DNA from: Phyllosticta citribraziliensis
Lineage: Eukaryota
Direction: 5' to 3'
Assembly: GCF_038025025.1 (NCBI RefSeq)
Contig: NW_027117347.1
Span: forward strand, 1,302,001 to 1,366,000
Length of the DNA: 64,000 nucleotides
Shown here one piece after another: positions 36,693-48,907 of the stretch. The notes beneath the pieces were generated by a model. That model worked only from the letters and a program-made list of their open reading frames with translations. It did not search any database and was not told the DNA's origin. Each line of letters starts with the position of its first letter. Within the stretch, counting starts at the first letter, position 1. Position numbers and translations under genes: made by a program.

Positions 36693-37714
36693 ATGGATTC
36701 CCTCGTGCAACAGTACTCCCGCCCGGCACACCAGAACGAGGGCTACTCGCAAACGGAACAACAGGAGCTTGTCGAAGTCACGCCGCCTCTGTCTCTCAAG
36801 TTTGCTCTTCCGCCAGTCGCCGCGGTAAGCGATTTCAGCCGTGGAGTACTCCGAATTCGGTCAAGCTGACTAGTTCGTTGGCAGCCTGCAGCATGGCTGC
36901 GCTCGATGACCGACGACTACTCGAACCCAAGCTGCCCCATCAAGCTTGCCCACGGTACCACGACATTAGCATTCAGGTTCAAGGGTGGCATCATCGTTGC
37001 GACGGATTCCAGAGCCACGGCCGGCAACTGGATTGCTAGTCAGACGGTCAAGAAGGTTATCGAGATCAACAGCTGCTTGCTGGGCACGATGGCTGGTGGC
37101 GCCGCTGTAAGCTAGACCTCAGAGGCTGGAACAAGTGGATGGAGAGGTGGCTGACATTGCATAGGACTGTCAATACTGGCTGGCATATCTCGGCATGCAA
37201 TGCCGTCTTCACGAGCTCAGGCACAAGCGCCGCATCTCCGTCGCCGCTGCATCCAAGATTCTCGCAAACCTGGTGTACTCTTACAAGGGCATGGGTCTCA
37301 GCATGGTGAGTCTCTTCGAACGACGCGAAAGGGCTTTGCGATGCTAACTATCTAAAGGGTACCATGTGTGCCGGCGTGACACCCCAGGAAGGCCCTGCCC
37401 TCTACTACATCGACAGCGACGGAACACGCCTCGCTGGCAACCTTTTCTGTGTCGGCTCCGGTCAGACCTTTGCCTACGGTGTCCTGGATGCAGAGTACAA
37501 CTACGACTTGTCGGACGAAGATGCGCTGGAGCTTGGTCGACGGAGCATTCTCGCCGCTACTCACAGGGATGCGTACTCGGGTGGATACATCAACCTCTAC
37601 CACGTCAAGGAGGATGGCTGGGTCAAGCACGGCTTCAACGACACCAACCCCATCTTCTGGAAGACCAAGCTGGAGAAGGGCGAGTTCTCGAACGTGACGG
37701 CAGACTTGGAGTAG
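36693..37714 (+). CDS. PRE2: 20S proteasome subunit beta-5 (chymotrypsin-like)
   Basis: Propeptide followed by the HG|TTTLAF autocleavage site, [24 protein letters not shown] and HRDAYSGG. Introns near 36825-36883, 37107-37164 and 37306-37357. Confidence 0.96.
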
Positions 37715-38432
37715 AAGGAACTTGGCAAGCTAAGGAGTGGTTCTGGGATGGGGGCGCATGAGGACATGGTCTCAGGCGAACAGCTCTTGTGGCTTCTGGA
37801 AATTCAAGACAACAAGAAGACCTTCGGATATGCTCTACCAAGAATCTGAAGATACATGGCAGCTTTCATGCCATGTGTGCGACGCCTTCGAAATTGTAGC
37901 TGTGCTAGGTGGTCGAGCTTACATGTAGGCCTGCCACAACCATCGCAGCAAGATCGACGCACCGAACAACATGTGCGCCAAGCTCCCCGGTATTGGCGCG
38001 TAGGGCTTCTTGAATATCTTCCAGAGTTCTTTGGAATTTCTGCGTGGTAAGACATGATTTATTTGACGGCCTTCTGGGTCAGACCACAGCCTTGGTGATA
38101 GGCCCGGAATGTTTGCAATAAAGTGAGTAATGTGCAACTGTTATCAATATTTCTCGTGTCCCAAACACCCAAAATGAAATGTCCCCAATTTATCCAGGCT
38201 CAGCAATCTGTATTTCGAGTTATATACAGTTCAGCTCACCTGCGACGTACGCAAGCCTCGGTTTGGGAGGACGATCTTAGTCAGCGGGCGCTACTCAGGT
38301 CTGAAGGCCGCAACACCAGCCAGCCACTCATCACCTGGTTCCACCGTACGGTTCTCCAACAACAATCCTCATACGCGGACGCAAGATTCTCCTCGTCAGC
38401 ATGCTGTAAGGTGATGATTTGCCAGCAACAAA

Positions 38433-40255
38433 ATGTCTGCTGCAACTGGCCATGCAAGCATACCGGATCCCAAGCCGATTCGACGCTCATTCACGGCTCC
38501 CGTCGCTCGCCCGAGTAACTCTGCGACAAGATTTTCCGACCCCATCCCCGCGGCGGACGGAGTAGAAACTCTATTTTGCCATGGGTTCGCCAGGATAGTC
38601 CTCTTCACGGCCGTCACGTCACCGTCCAGACCTGCATCGAGTGCGAGCAACATCTCGAGCCTGCGCGACCAGGACGCCCCGGGAACCGTGTCGTGGGGCT
38701 CGCCCACGGAACGAACAGTCGCAGCTGGTAGGTCGCATGAATTGCACGTTGGCGCCTGCATACTCACGCATCTCTAGGACCTGTGCGCATCTATCGTGTC
38801 CCTGGGTCCGTGGCTTTTCTACACTCGGGATCCCTTTTACACCCTATCCTCCCCAAGTCGCAATGCTGGTGCGTTGACGGCGTCTCCAAGTTTGCGCTGC
38901 GCAAGCCAGCACCGAATTCGTACTTCCGCATCGAGCTGCCCAGCGACGGAGATGAGAATCTGGCAAAGATTGAAGAATTGAAGACGGTGCTGGACAAGAT
39001 TCTGCGGTATGAGAAGACGCCATGCCCGTTCACCAGAGGCTTTCATGTGGAAATCCCCGACGCTCCAGAGGCACCGCGTCGTAAGAAGAGGCCGGTCACA
39101 CCAGGTAGACCAAAGAAATGGAAGCTGGATGGCATTTGGCGCCCCGAAGAGCCCGGACGGCCGTTGAGCCAAGGAACAGAAATGTCCTCTGCTTCGGATC
39201 GCAGCCCGATTTCGGTATTCTCTGTGGAAGATAGACGCGCCAGTGTTTGTTCGACCGCATCCGAGGCAAGCTCGGTGGCAGAAGACGAGAGTCTGTCAGA
39301 TCAGAAGCCGATTGGGAAGATTAGGTCGCAAAAGGAGGGAAGCACGCTTGATGCGACTACAAACACTAGATCATTCACGGCGCCAGCGAATCTCCCGTTG
39401 CCTCCTAGCGAAGTACCCAGTCTGCCAGCGGATTCAACCTCTAATCTGAGCTCGGAGGTTACAAGCATCGCATCGACGGCGGAGTCTTTCTACGCGACTC
39501 CCAACGATTCTACCACGAGGGCGTTGGACTCCCGTCCCTCATCGTTGTATTTTGATGCGGCATCGACACGAAACGAGCTCAAGTCGTATCGCGGAGAGTC
39601 CTTGGACGATGCAAGGGCAGGGGCGGAGAGAAGTGAGAACATTCGGCCAGCCCATCACAGGCGCGAGCTCTCTGAGCTCACCATTACACCCGACACACAC
39701 GCCGATGAAGAGCATCCCCAGGCCGTCACTCCTACAGAGGACCACACAACATGTACTGCTGGATTGGAGCGGTCAGTCTCGGTTGCGTCCATTCCGAGCT
39801 TGAGCGACTCCTCAGATCTAGATTCGGCAATCGACATGTCTGCCGCAGAAATCTCACCGCCGCCCGAGAGGATCCATCTCCGGCGGCTGACGGGCACCAC
39901 GAATCCCGGCCGGCGAGCGTTGTCTCCCATGCCGCCTGCGTCCAATCTATTTCAACCGCAAAGAGACAAGCAGTCTGCCAAACACCTGACGAGCACACTG
40001 GTGCAAAAGACGATGGGTCTGCTCATCGGACCACCTGCGCAGCTCGTCGCGCTAATGTTGCGGATTGCGGAGAAGATTACCAAGGGCTTCACGCCGGACA
40101 CCTGGAACCTGCACAGGGGCAAGACGATCCCCGGGGCGTGGCAGCTCAGCGACGACGAGGGCGACATGCAGGACGACTGGGAGGACGACCACCACGAGTA
40201 CGGTATCCCGCTGAGGAACCTTGCAGAGTCACAGGCCGCAAGTGACGTGGACTAA
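38433..40255 (+). CDS. Inheritance-of-peroxisomes protein 1 (Inp1)-domain protein
   Basis: VETLF-x-H..ARIV-x-F...TERTVAA|GPVRIYRVPGSVAFLHSGSLLHPILPKSQCWCVDGVSKFALR...YEKTPCPF matches, from recall, the filamentous-fungal Inp1 family. Intron at 38728..38778. Confidence 0.75.
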
Positions 40256-41072
40256 TGCTGACTGTCGTTGCTAACTCGGTGCAGGCGCTGAGTTTAGAGT
40301 TTCCGCGCGCGCGCTTGACGTTCGATGATGCTGTACACGGGCATTCCTTTTCTTCTGCTTTTCTCCGGCGGTGGCGGCACGTTTTGTCGTTTCTCTCTTT
40401 GATACCACTGGCGGACAGGCACTGGGCGTTTGGATTGGTATGGTCTGGAAGGTAATTTGCATTGAGGCTGGGGAGGCACGTTGCCCGGTGGTCCTGTGTT
40501 TTGGCATCAAGCGGTCGGCCGGTCGGTCTGTTGGTACGATACGGTACCTGGCGTTCGTTCGTTCGTTCGTTCCTCGCGCGCACACGCAAAGGGCAAAGGC
40601 AAAGCGGGCATAATGAGCTTTGAGTTTGGGCGTCGGCGGCGCAGGTGGCGGGGTGAGCATCAATTTTCTCATTTTCTCTCATGCCTGATTCGTTGTTCAT
40701 CTAAATTTTCTACTCCGATTCGACGCGGGCTCTTTAATCCTCAAGGTTTTCTCTCTCCATTGACCTGGTCAGGCTGCTTTGCATCAGGGCATATTGAACC
40801 CAACCACACGCCCAGTATCTCTGGCCTGCAGCTGTCATAGGGCTGGAGCATAATGATTGATGCCATCCACCCATCTCAGGCTCACGCATCCCGCTTCAGT
40901 TCATCACAGACACACACATTTGCCAGATCCGGCGTGGTGCTTGCAGCGCGTGCTGGTGGCGCGCTGTAGCGCGATAACTACTGCCGGCACGTCTAGCTCC
41001 ATCCATACCCGGTCTTGGAACGCCAGCCAGCCATTCCAGCAAACCACGCGCCTGGAACGCAGCCGAACGCTG

Positions 41073-41099
41073 CCCCCCCCCCCCCCCCCCCCCCCCCCC
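41073..41099. repeat. C27 homopolymer (G27 on the minus strand)
   Basis: 27 consecutive C in an intergenic region. Confidence 0.95.
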
Positions 41100-43936
41100 T
41101 CTGTGCTAGAGCTGAGCTGAGCTGGTGGGTGGCATGAGCCAAATTGACAATGCGCTGCAAATTCACGCAACGGGCAGGTGTTGGCCCTCGTGTCTCTTTG
41201 GGATCTCTTTTGAGGGGCGGGCATGCCAGGTGGTTGCGCGTTGGGCCTTGCGTGTTTGGTTGGGCGCGTCGTGCGTGCGTGCGTGACTTTGGTCGTAGGA
41301 TGTATCCATTCAGCCTCGCGCGTCAGTCCGCGGCGGGGTGGTGGTGGCGGCGGCTGCGAAGCAAGAGACAGAGTGTCGCAAGCGGAGAGCAGAGGGACAA
41401 ACAAGGGTACACCAGGCGGAAGAAGAGGAGGAGGTGGAGGGAGAGAGAGGAGGGCACACAGCGTCGTCGGCCGCGGATGGTCATGGCAATGGGGCAATTG
41501 GTTCGTTGGACCGGAGAAGCTCGACGCCTCTTGTTGCTTTTCAGCCTTTTGGCTCCGTCGCACCGGGTTTGTCGACGCGCTGTACCTGGACACGGGCAGC
41601 GGCGGCAGCCAGGCAGCAACGATTGACAAAGTCAAGACCGGACCCATTACTCGGCTAGTCTGCACTCGTTGTCGACTACATCCTCACGGAGCGCATCACC
41701 TGGCCTCGCATCTCGTCGCGATCTGGTGCGTGGATCCACTCGCGGCCTCTTCTACCCGACTGCTTCGCAATGAGATGCTTGACGCCAGGTCGGATCCGAA
41801 CGAAGGAAAGCTAGGTACGAAGGAAGTGGAATGGAGCGACGTGCCCGACGCCAACCTGCAGCACGTGGGCATCAATTCGACTGGACCGGAGGACTTCCTT
41901 ACTCCTGCGCAACACACGTGCGGCGCGCCACAGTTGATCCAATCGCGGCTCTCCAGCCTCTTTGTTCCCGCGTACTACCTACGGCTGTGTTATTTGACGA
42001 GCCCAGTAACGTACCGGCAGTCATCGATCAACATCGACATTGCCCAGCCTTGTCTACGGCATGGCGACCCAGCTGTATGTACAGTACACAGCACCCAACG
42101 ACGATCACAACTCGAACGCAACAAATGGCGCGTACCTATCCACCCACCCACCCACCTGTCCGTCGCCTCATTTCCGGCGGCCGCATCGCATCACGCTAGG
42201 TAGCCGACAGTTCAGCAGCAGAGGCAGAAAACGACGCATCCGCTGCATCGGCCGTCGCGCCGTCTGGCAGCAATAATGAGCAAAGGTAGCAAAGCAGGTG
42301 GTAGGGTGGTGGCCTAACGTCGTCGACAAGTGTAAGAGATCGACGCGCTACTGCAAACCTTTGGAGCGGGTGCTCAGGGCATCCCCGCGACGCCGCCCCG
42401 CCGCCGTCCCCGGTCCCCGCGAAGGAGGAGCGCGTCGGGACGCCGTGCAGCCCCGCGCATCCCTGCCTCTTGTCGTTCTCTATTGTCTGTCGCTCTGCGT
42501 GCCGGACGCGACTCCATGTGCCTAGCTGGTGGTCGGCAGACGGCACTACTGGGCGGGCGCTGCCCGTTTGCAGCGATACCCGACGATGCATGGAAGAGCA
42601 GACGAACAGAGTGCATGCCGTCGAGGTGGAGAGCCGACGGTGGAGGGTGACGATGGGGAAGGCTGCCGATGGGCTGGCTGCCCGCGGCGGCGCGCAACAC
42701 CACCGGTGGATTTGGAGGCGTCTGGCTTGTTTGGTTGGCTTGACGAGGTGAGTGCTCAGATGGCTGGCGTCGCTTTTTTCCCTTTCCCTCCTGTCCTGCT
42801 GCTGGGTGGTGTCGTGCAGGTGCAGCGCAGATGCTCTAGAAGGTGAGACTTTTGGTCGGAGCCGCCTTCGATGCAGGTGTGAGGTGCACATGGCATCAAT
42901 TGGAGAGAGTAGCGCTGAGTAAGGCTTGGGGGATGATTGATGATGCTGCGGATGATGCTGATAAGGCCTCGTGAGGAGGCCGAGTCGGTGAGGGAGGTGA
43001 GTCGCGGCAAGTCGTTGGCATCCTGGACGTCATGTTGCAAGCAACCTGAGGTGTTTCCGGTCTGGTTTTCTATTCTGGCGTGCGTTTGACGGCTGCAGGC
43101 ATTTTCGCTGCCGGCCGCGGCGACGTGGGCTACTGCTGGCTCTGGCTCTGGCACCGGCACGCTCCCGCAACCCTCATCCTCTGGAGGCTTGAGGTGGTCC
43201 TTCGACCTCCTGCAAAGGTGCTGACTGAACGTCAAGCCCAATTCGACCAATTCGACCGATTCGGCTCAAGCTCTGCCCAAGGTTCTCACTCTCACATTGA
43301 TATGCTCACCCCGGTGGCTGGAGTCGCGCCGACGGAGGGCATCGACGGCTGCCATCGTCTTCCCTACCTCGACTCCCACCATGACCTCACCCCAAGCCCA
43401 GCCCATGCTGCCGCTCGTCTGACACACGACCAAAGCCACAGCCTTCCCTTCCATGCCATGCCATGCGATGCGCCCACCCCCCGTCTTCCGTTTCCCGCCA
43501 AAAAAGTTTCGAGTAGGCCCTTTGTCTGTCATCTGTGATCCCGCTCTGTAGCGCAGGGCTCTGGTTGGTGTCGACCACAAGAAAACGGCGTGGCGGGTCC
43601 TGTATATAGTTGTTCGCTGGCCATTTTTATTCCTCCCGTCCACCTTCCTGCCACTCTGAACTTTCTTCTGCTCGTCGACGACTCTTGACGCTCCTGCTGC
43701 TGACTCTTCCTCCCGTCTTGTCGTCTTGCCCAGACTGAGCTGTCCTGTCCACTCAGGTCAGCCAACCGTGGCTGTTTCTCGTCCTCACCTCGACCTCGAC
43801 CTCGACCTCGACGCCAATCCAGTCACCGACCTCCAGTCACCCCCCTCGCCATCGACCGTTTTCCTCGCACGCTCCTCTCCCACGCCCAGGCAGACACGAA
43901 AGATTCAGGACCCACAAGTCAGTTTATATTCTAAAA

Positions 43937-46369
43937 ATGGCAGCTCCACCCGCTGCCCTCTTCCCGCCCATGCAGATGCCGCCTCTGCCCATCCGCTCGC
44001 CCAGTCCACCTCCGCACTTCCCCATCCCTGGCCCGCACGACTCGCTGCGCCGCCTGCCCAAACCGCTGCCAGACTTTGACTTTGACTGGGCGGTGCCGTC
44101 CACGCGCTGCTCGCCGCCGGGCCCGCGTCCACGGCGGCCGTTTTCCTGGACCGCCGACGACGACGACGAGACTATAAGGTTCCACGCACGACAGAACTCG
44201 AGCGGCAGCGTAGCTTCGACGCCCACCGCGCCCAGCCCTTCACATTCGCGCTGGCCCTCGTCTGCTGGCTCCATCGTTTCCTCCTCAGGTTCCAGGCCTT
44301 CTTACGAGCATGATCGTCCTGCTGCTCCGCCTCCTGATTGGCTGAGTGGTGCGGATTCTTCTCCGCCGTCTCGTCGGAAACCTTACTTCTCTACCCACCA
44401 TCCGCGCAGTCCAGACATGCTGGGCACCACGGCGCCGTATCCCGAGCCTCCCATTGGGGCGGCCCAAAATAGCTTCAGAACTCCTCAAGTTGTCGTCCAA
44501 GATGCCCCGCGGGGCACTGGCGGTGCAAAGGCTGAACGAGCCAATCGAACAAGGGTTGAAAAAGATGGCATCAGCGACATCATCTGCGAAATCGACGCCG
44601 CACTCGATAGAATTGGAGGAGCAAGGGCAGCTGCATTGAAGAGTACAAGCCCCCTTCCGAGCCCCGGGACGCCTGTCCGCAGTGAATTTGGCGGCCGGTT
44701 CAAGGTTCGGCAAGAGAGCCCGCTGCGTCATGGGCGGAGCGTGACGATGCCCGAGAACCTAGGGGGCGTTCAGGGGGAAGAGGGAAATCCAGGGGGTGGA
44801 GGGGGTTCCCTTGCAACAGCAACGACGAGATTCAACAACCGCGAACCGCACAGCCCGACCACGTCGTCGCCGCTCAAAGGCAAACCGAAGCGTGGCGCGC
44901 CCCTCGTTGGCCCGCCGCCCGTCTCCTCGCGCGCGCGATACCGTCCCGTTTCTGACGTCGTCGTCGCCCAGGCGAGCTCCGTCGCCGCGCCCAAAACGAC
45001 GTTTCCTGCGCCAGGACTGCCCGCCAACAACAGCGTCAACCATGGCGGCAAGCCGACGGCCAACACGTCCATCATCCGCACGGCCATGGCGCCCGATCCG
45101 TCCACTGCGCTGCACAGCAACCCGCCCTGCAACAAGCGCTGTACCATGCCGCCCGGCGCCCTGCTGTCGAGCGGGACGACCCGCAGCGTCAGTTCTGGGA
45201 CGACGCTCGTGTCCAACCACTCGTCGCTCGAGCAGAGTGGTGCTGGAAACGGACGCTCTTTCTCCTCGCCGCTCGGCAATATCGCTGCCGCCGCGTCGTC
45301 GACGCCGGCGCTCTACTGCTCCCCTGACACGCCGCCCGTCCCGCCCGTCCACCGCAACGCCGTGTCGGATCCCGTGTCGCTGACGGACGGCTCCGCCTCA
45401 TACCCAAACCAGCAACATCCGCCACGCCCCCGTGCCCTCTCAACCTCATCAACGCCCTCGCCCTCAGCATCACCCTCGCCCTCACCCTATGCCACAGCAG
45501 CATCAACATCGCGCTCGACCTCCGGCCCCTCCAGCCACACCAACAGCACGGAGCTCTTCTCGTCGCCGCAATCCTCGCCGTCCTCGCGCTCCCGCTCGCC
45601 CTCGGCGGCGTCGTCGCGCTCCAGCTCCTCGTCGCAGCGCGGCCGCCAGCTGCGCCGCAAGTTCTCGCCGCGCCGCGCCAGCCTGCGCGAGCTGCGCGAC
45701 AAGCACAGTGACGCGTGCCTCAAGCGCGCCTTCGAGTGGGGCGTCCAGCGGTACCTCGAGGGCACCATTTTCTGGGACGGCAAGGAGGCGGATCTGTTTT
45801 TGGGGCCGGAGGGCGAGGGCGCTGAGGCTCCGAGTGTCGAAGGAGAGGGAGGAGGAGGAGGTGATGTGGAGGAGAGGGGGCGGGGCGGCAGGCCGCTGCT
45901 GCGTCCGCTTGATGGCGTCGGTGGTGGTGGTGGTGCTGGTGCGGAGCAGTGGAGCGACTGCCGCGAGTGGACGCATCCTCACGTGCGGACTCAACCTCAA
46001 CCTCAATCTTACGCCCAACATCTCGCCCCCGCCTACAACGCCAGCTACAACAACAGCAGCGACGACGTCGGCGACGTGTGGCACGACGCCGCCTCCATGG
46101 ATGTAGGCGTGGGCGTCGCGCTCGGCGACCCTTACGTCGATCACGGCGCCAGTGTTGCTTATGGGTATGAGCAGGGCTATGATGCTGGGTATGGGGGTGG
46201 GGGGTATGGCCATGATAGCGGGAATGGGGCGTATGGCCACGACAGCGGGACCGGCGGGTACGCAGCTGCACCTACCCATGCGAAGGAGAAGGAGAGCGGC
46301 ATGTCGTCGTTTGGAAGTGGCGGGGCGAGGGGGTGGGCGGAGGAGGTGCTGGGGGCGGCGATTGGATAG
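43937..46369 (+). CDS. Hypothetical low-complexity Pro/Ser-rich protein with Gly/Tyr-rich tail
   Basis: 810-aa uninterrupted ORF with a good start context (AAAATGG), preceded by a CT-rich 5' region. One ordered-looking segment: RRASLRELRDKHSDACLKRAFEWGVQRYLEG. Confidence 0.65.
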   Translation: MAAPPAALFPPMQMPPLPIRSPSPPPHFPIPGPHDSLRRLPKPLPDFDFDWAVPSTRCSPPGPRPRRPFSWTADDDDETIRFHARQNSSGSVASTPTAPSPSHSRWPSSAGSIVSSSGSRPSYEHDRPAAPPPDWLSGADSSPPSRRKPYFSTHHPRSPDMLGTTAPYPEPPIGAAQNSFRTPQVVVQDAPRGTGGAKAERANRTRVEKDGISDIICEIDAALDRIGGARAAALKSTSPLPSPGTPVRSEFGGRFKVRQESPLRHGRSVTMPENLGGVQGEEGNPGGGGGSLATATTRFNNREPHSPTTSSPLKGKPKRGAPLVGPPPVSSRARYRPVSDVVVAQASSVAAPKTTFPAPGLPANNSVNHGGKPTANTSIIRTAMAPDPSTALHSNPPCNKRCTMPPGALLSSGTTRSVSSGTTLVSNHSSLEQSGAGNGRSFSSPLGNIAAAASSTPALYCSPDTPPVPPVHRNAVSDPVSLTDGSASYPNQQHPPRPRALSTSSTPSPSASPSPSPYATAASTSRSTSGPSSHTNSTELFSSPQSSPSSRSRSPSAASSRSSSSSQRGRQLRRKFSPRRASLRELRDKHSDACLKRAFEWGVQRYLEGTIFWDGKEADLFLGPEGEGAEAPSVEGEGGGGGDVEERGRGGRPLLRPLDGVGGGGGAGAEQWSDCREWTHPHVRTQPQPQSYAQHLAPAYNASYNNSSDDVGDVWHDAASMDVGVGVALGDPYVDHGASVAYGYEQGYDAGYGGGGYGHDSGNGAYGHDSGTGGYAAAPTHAKEKESGMSSFGSGGARGWAEEVLGAAIG

Positions 46370-46838
46370 TTTCAGCAATGACACTTCGCTGTCACTTTTG
46401 TCGGTGGCGGTGGAGCAGTTTGTTGACTTGGCTATGGTGTGGTGGTTATGTCAGGTTGGAAAGGGTCGAGTTGGCGCGGTGGATTCTGGCGGCGGGTAGT
46501 AGTGGTCGTAGTGGTGGTGTTGACCCCCCTCATTCTCTTTCAACAACGGCTCTATTTTGTACGATTGGTAATGCATGACTGACGACTCGCCTTGAGATCT
46601 TCTCGATTGTGAGCGGGCTAGACAAACGTGAGTTCGTGCTTTGAACCCAGGCACGGGAAAAGAACTTGATTGGCCATGGCGCGTTATTTATGCTTCATGC
46701 CCTGCCTCGCCGCGATGCTGCTTCTCCAGCGCTCCGCTCCTTCCGGCGTCAAGTCCTCGACAGTCGACACTCCTCACTCGCTTTCTCTTTCGTTAGCTGG
46801 TCATCAACAAAGAAGGAAATCGCGGCTCCTGCATTTCC

Positions 46839-47866
46839 ATGATGGCCAGTGGGAATGGATCCCACGAGCCGGGGGGATTGACTGGATATCCGAAAACCCG
46901 ATTCAAAGACAAGAAGTTCTCCGACCTCACCGTCTGTTGCCAGGGAGAGGAGTTCTTCGTCCACAAAGTCATCATGGCTGGGAACTCCCCGTTTTTCGAT
47001 AAAGCGTGTGATCCTGATTCTCCGTGGGTGGTCTGTCTATCTTACAGTATCCACTCCTAGGGCGTGATGATGTCATGCGTGAAGCTAACGGTGGTGATTT
47101 ATATATTCAGGAAGCCAAAACCGGAAGGATCCGCCTTGACGAAGATCGTCCCGACCTTGTCTTTTGGATGCTCGTGTACTGCTACAACTCGAGCGAGAAG
47201 TCCCCTCTCAAGTTAGATTTCTACAACATGTCGCGCTCCGGCGACACCGAGGCGGAATTGCGAGCACAAGTGACACTCTACGCCATGGCAGACAAATACC
47301 AGATCTTCGGCCTCAAGCAACTGATGATCCGCTGTTTTGAAAAGGTGCTCGATGGCAAGGGAGGCCCCTTCCGGCCCATCTCGCCCGCGGGAGTCGGAAG
47401 GGTTGCGAGCGACGTCTTTGAGATGACCCGCGACACGGAGACGGTCCTGCAAAACGTCATTCTCTTCTATGTCACCGACAGACTCCACCGGCTCATGGTA
47501 AGCAATCGCTTCATTGCTGAAATCGACCGCATCGACAGCATCGACGGCGTCGACAGTTTCTGGAAGGCGTTGGCTGCTATCAATGCACGACAAGGCAGCC
47601 GGCCTCGCAAATGCCCCACTTGTGGAAAAGAGGATGTTGCGGAACTGTACTCCAGAGAGCATGACATGAAGTGGCCTCACAAGCTCTTCCAGTGCGGCGC
47701 TTGTAGGGCGGGCCACGGGCTTGACGAATGGAATGAGGGGAACGGACAGCTTTTCAAGGAGTTGGCGCCGGACACAGACGTTTGGGAGGACGGGAACGGC
47801 AATACTGATGGCAATCCCTCCAAGAAAAGAAAACGAAGCAGCGCCGCAAGGTGTGCTAAAAAGTAA
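46839..47866 (+). CDS. BTB/POZ-domain protein with C-terminal zinc ribbon and NLS-like tail (paralogue 2)
   Basis: KFSDLTVCCQGEEFFVHKVIMAGNSPFFDKAC, then a phase-0 intron ~47031..47110, then EAKTGRIRLDED.P..V..ML.YCY, LYAMADKY, RKCPTC...FQCGACRAGHGLDEW and PSKKRKR. Confidence 0.88.
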
Positions 47867-48907
47867 CAACACTCACGGGACAGAGCCGCTGAGCTCAACG
47901 GACGCTCCCGGGCCCAGTTGCGATGCCGAACAGCTTCTCCGTTGGTGTCGCTGAGCTCGTGAGCGACAGCTCCCTGGCCGCAGTCGTTAAGTCCGACAAC
48001 AGCCGCCTGGATGCAACTGCCGTGCTGGAAGCGGCTTTTCTTTGGGTTTACACTGTGGCGCTGACTGTTACCTTGACTCTGAGATTTGGATCTGGAATGG
48101 CGTTGGTTCTGCTTGGAAGTGTGATCACGCGGATTGATTTCTGGCGTTGGGATGGGCTTCAGGGTTGGGTGTGCTTCGACTTTCACTTGGCAGCGTTGCA
48201 AGTCGACGCCCGATCAAAGAGATGTTTACGAGTTTCGTTAAAATGAGATAGAAGTAAATGCGATAAGGCTTTGTTTCGACGAACGCCAGCCGTTCATGTG
48301 AGCAAGACACTCAGCCCTGGCGCTCATCCAACTTTGACAATTGAAATGCAAGCTCCCCTCAAGCAAAGCTTTTCCAACGCGAAATAAGGCAGTTCTGTTT
48401 TAGTGGTACCAGAGACCGCATTCAAGGTTTCAAACGGCGGTGTTGAGTCGAAACTTAGCTCTGTAGACCCTATGATACATCTCGGGGAGGCGGTTGGAAG
48501 GTTCATCCTTGCTTGGAGCAACCGAGTTGAACGAAACGGCGGGCCAGTTGACGGGAATTGGGGAATGGTCTTGAGAGGCTACCAGCATCAGTCCTACGGA
48601 AGTTATCATTAGGAATCTGGCAGAAGGAGATGGAAAAACGACCGAGCTTTTAGAGCAGAGAGACCAAACGTTTGCTTAACCAAGCCACCTACGGAAAGAT
48701 TGGTTGTTTCTCGCTTACTACCTAGCTTGCAGGCCGTTGTTTTGGGAATCCTATAATACCATCAAAACCTTGTTGACTTGGACATGGAGCTTCCTGGTAG
48801 TGGATTTCCTTGGGTGTTTGCTCGCGGTATTTATGTTAATTCTAGTCCCTGCTTTTCAAGAGCAAATATCCCCTTCATTCTTCGCAATCCATCAGCAGCA
48901 GGAAGAG

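Noticed and set aside
40904..42891. Overlapping 230-330 aa ORFs on both strands
   Set aside because: GC-rich simple-sequence region. The translations are low-complexity with no domain and run through the poly-C tract or GGN repeats.
47870..48700. Possible small gene between BTB paralogues 2 and 3
   Set aside because: Candidate frames are short or interrupted, with no motif or clear start.
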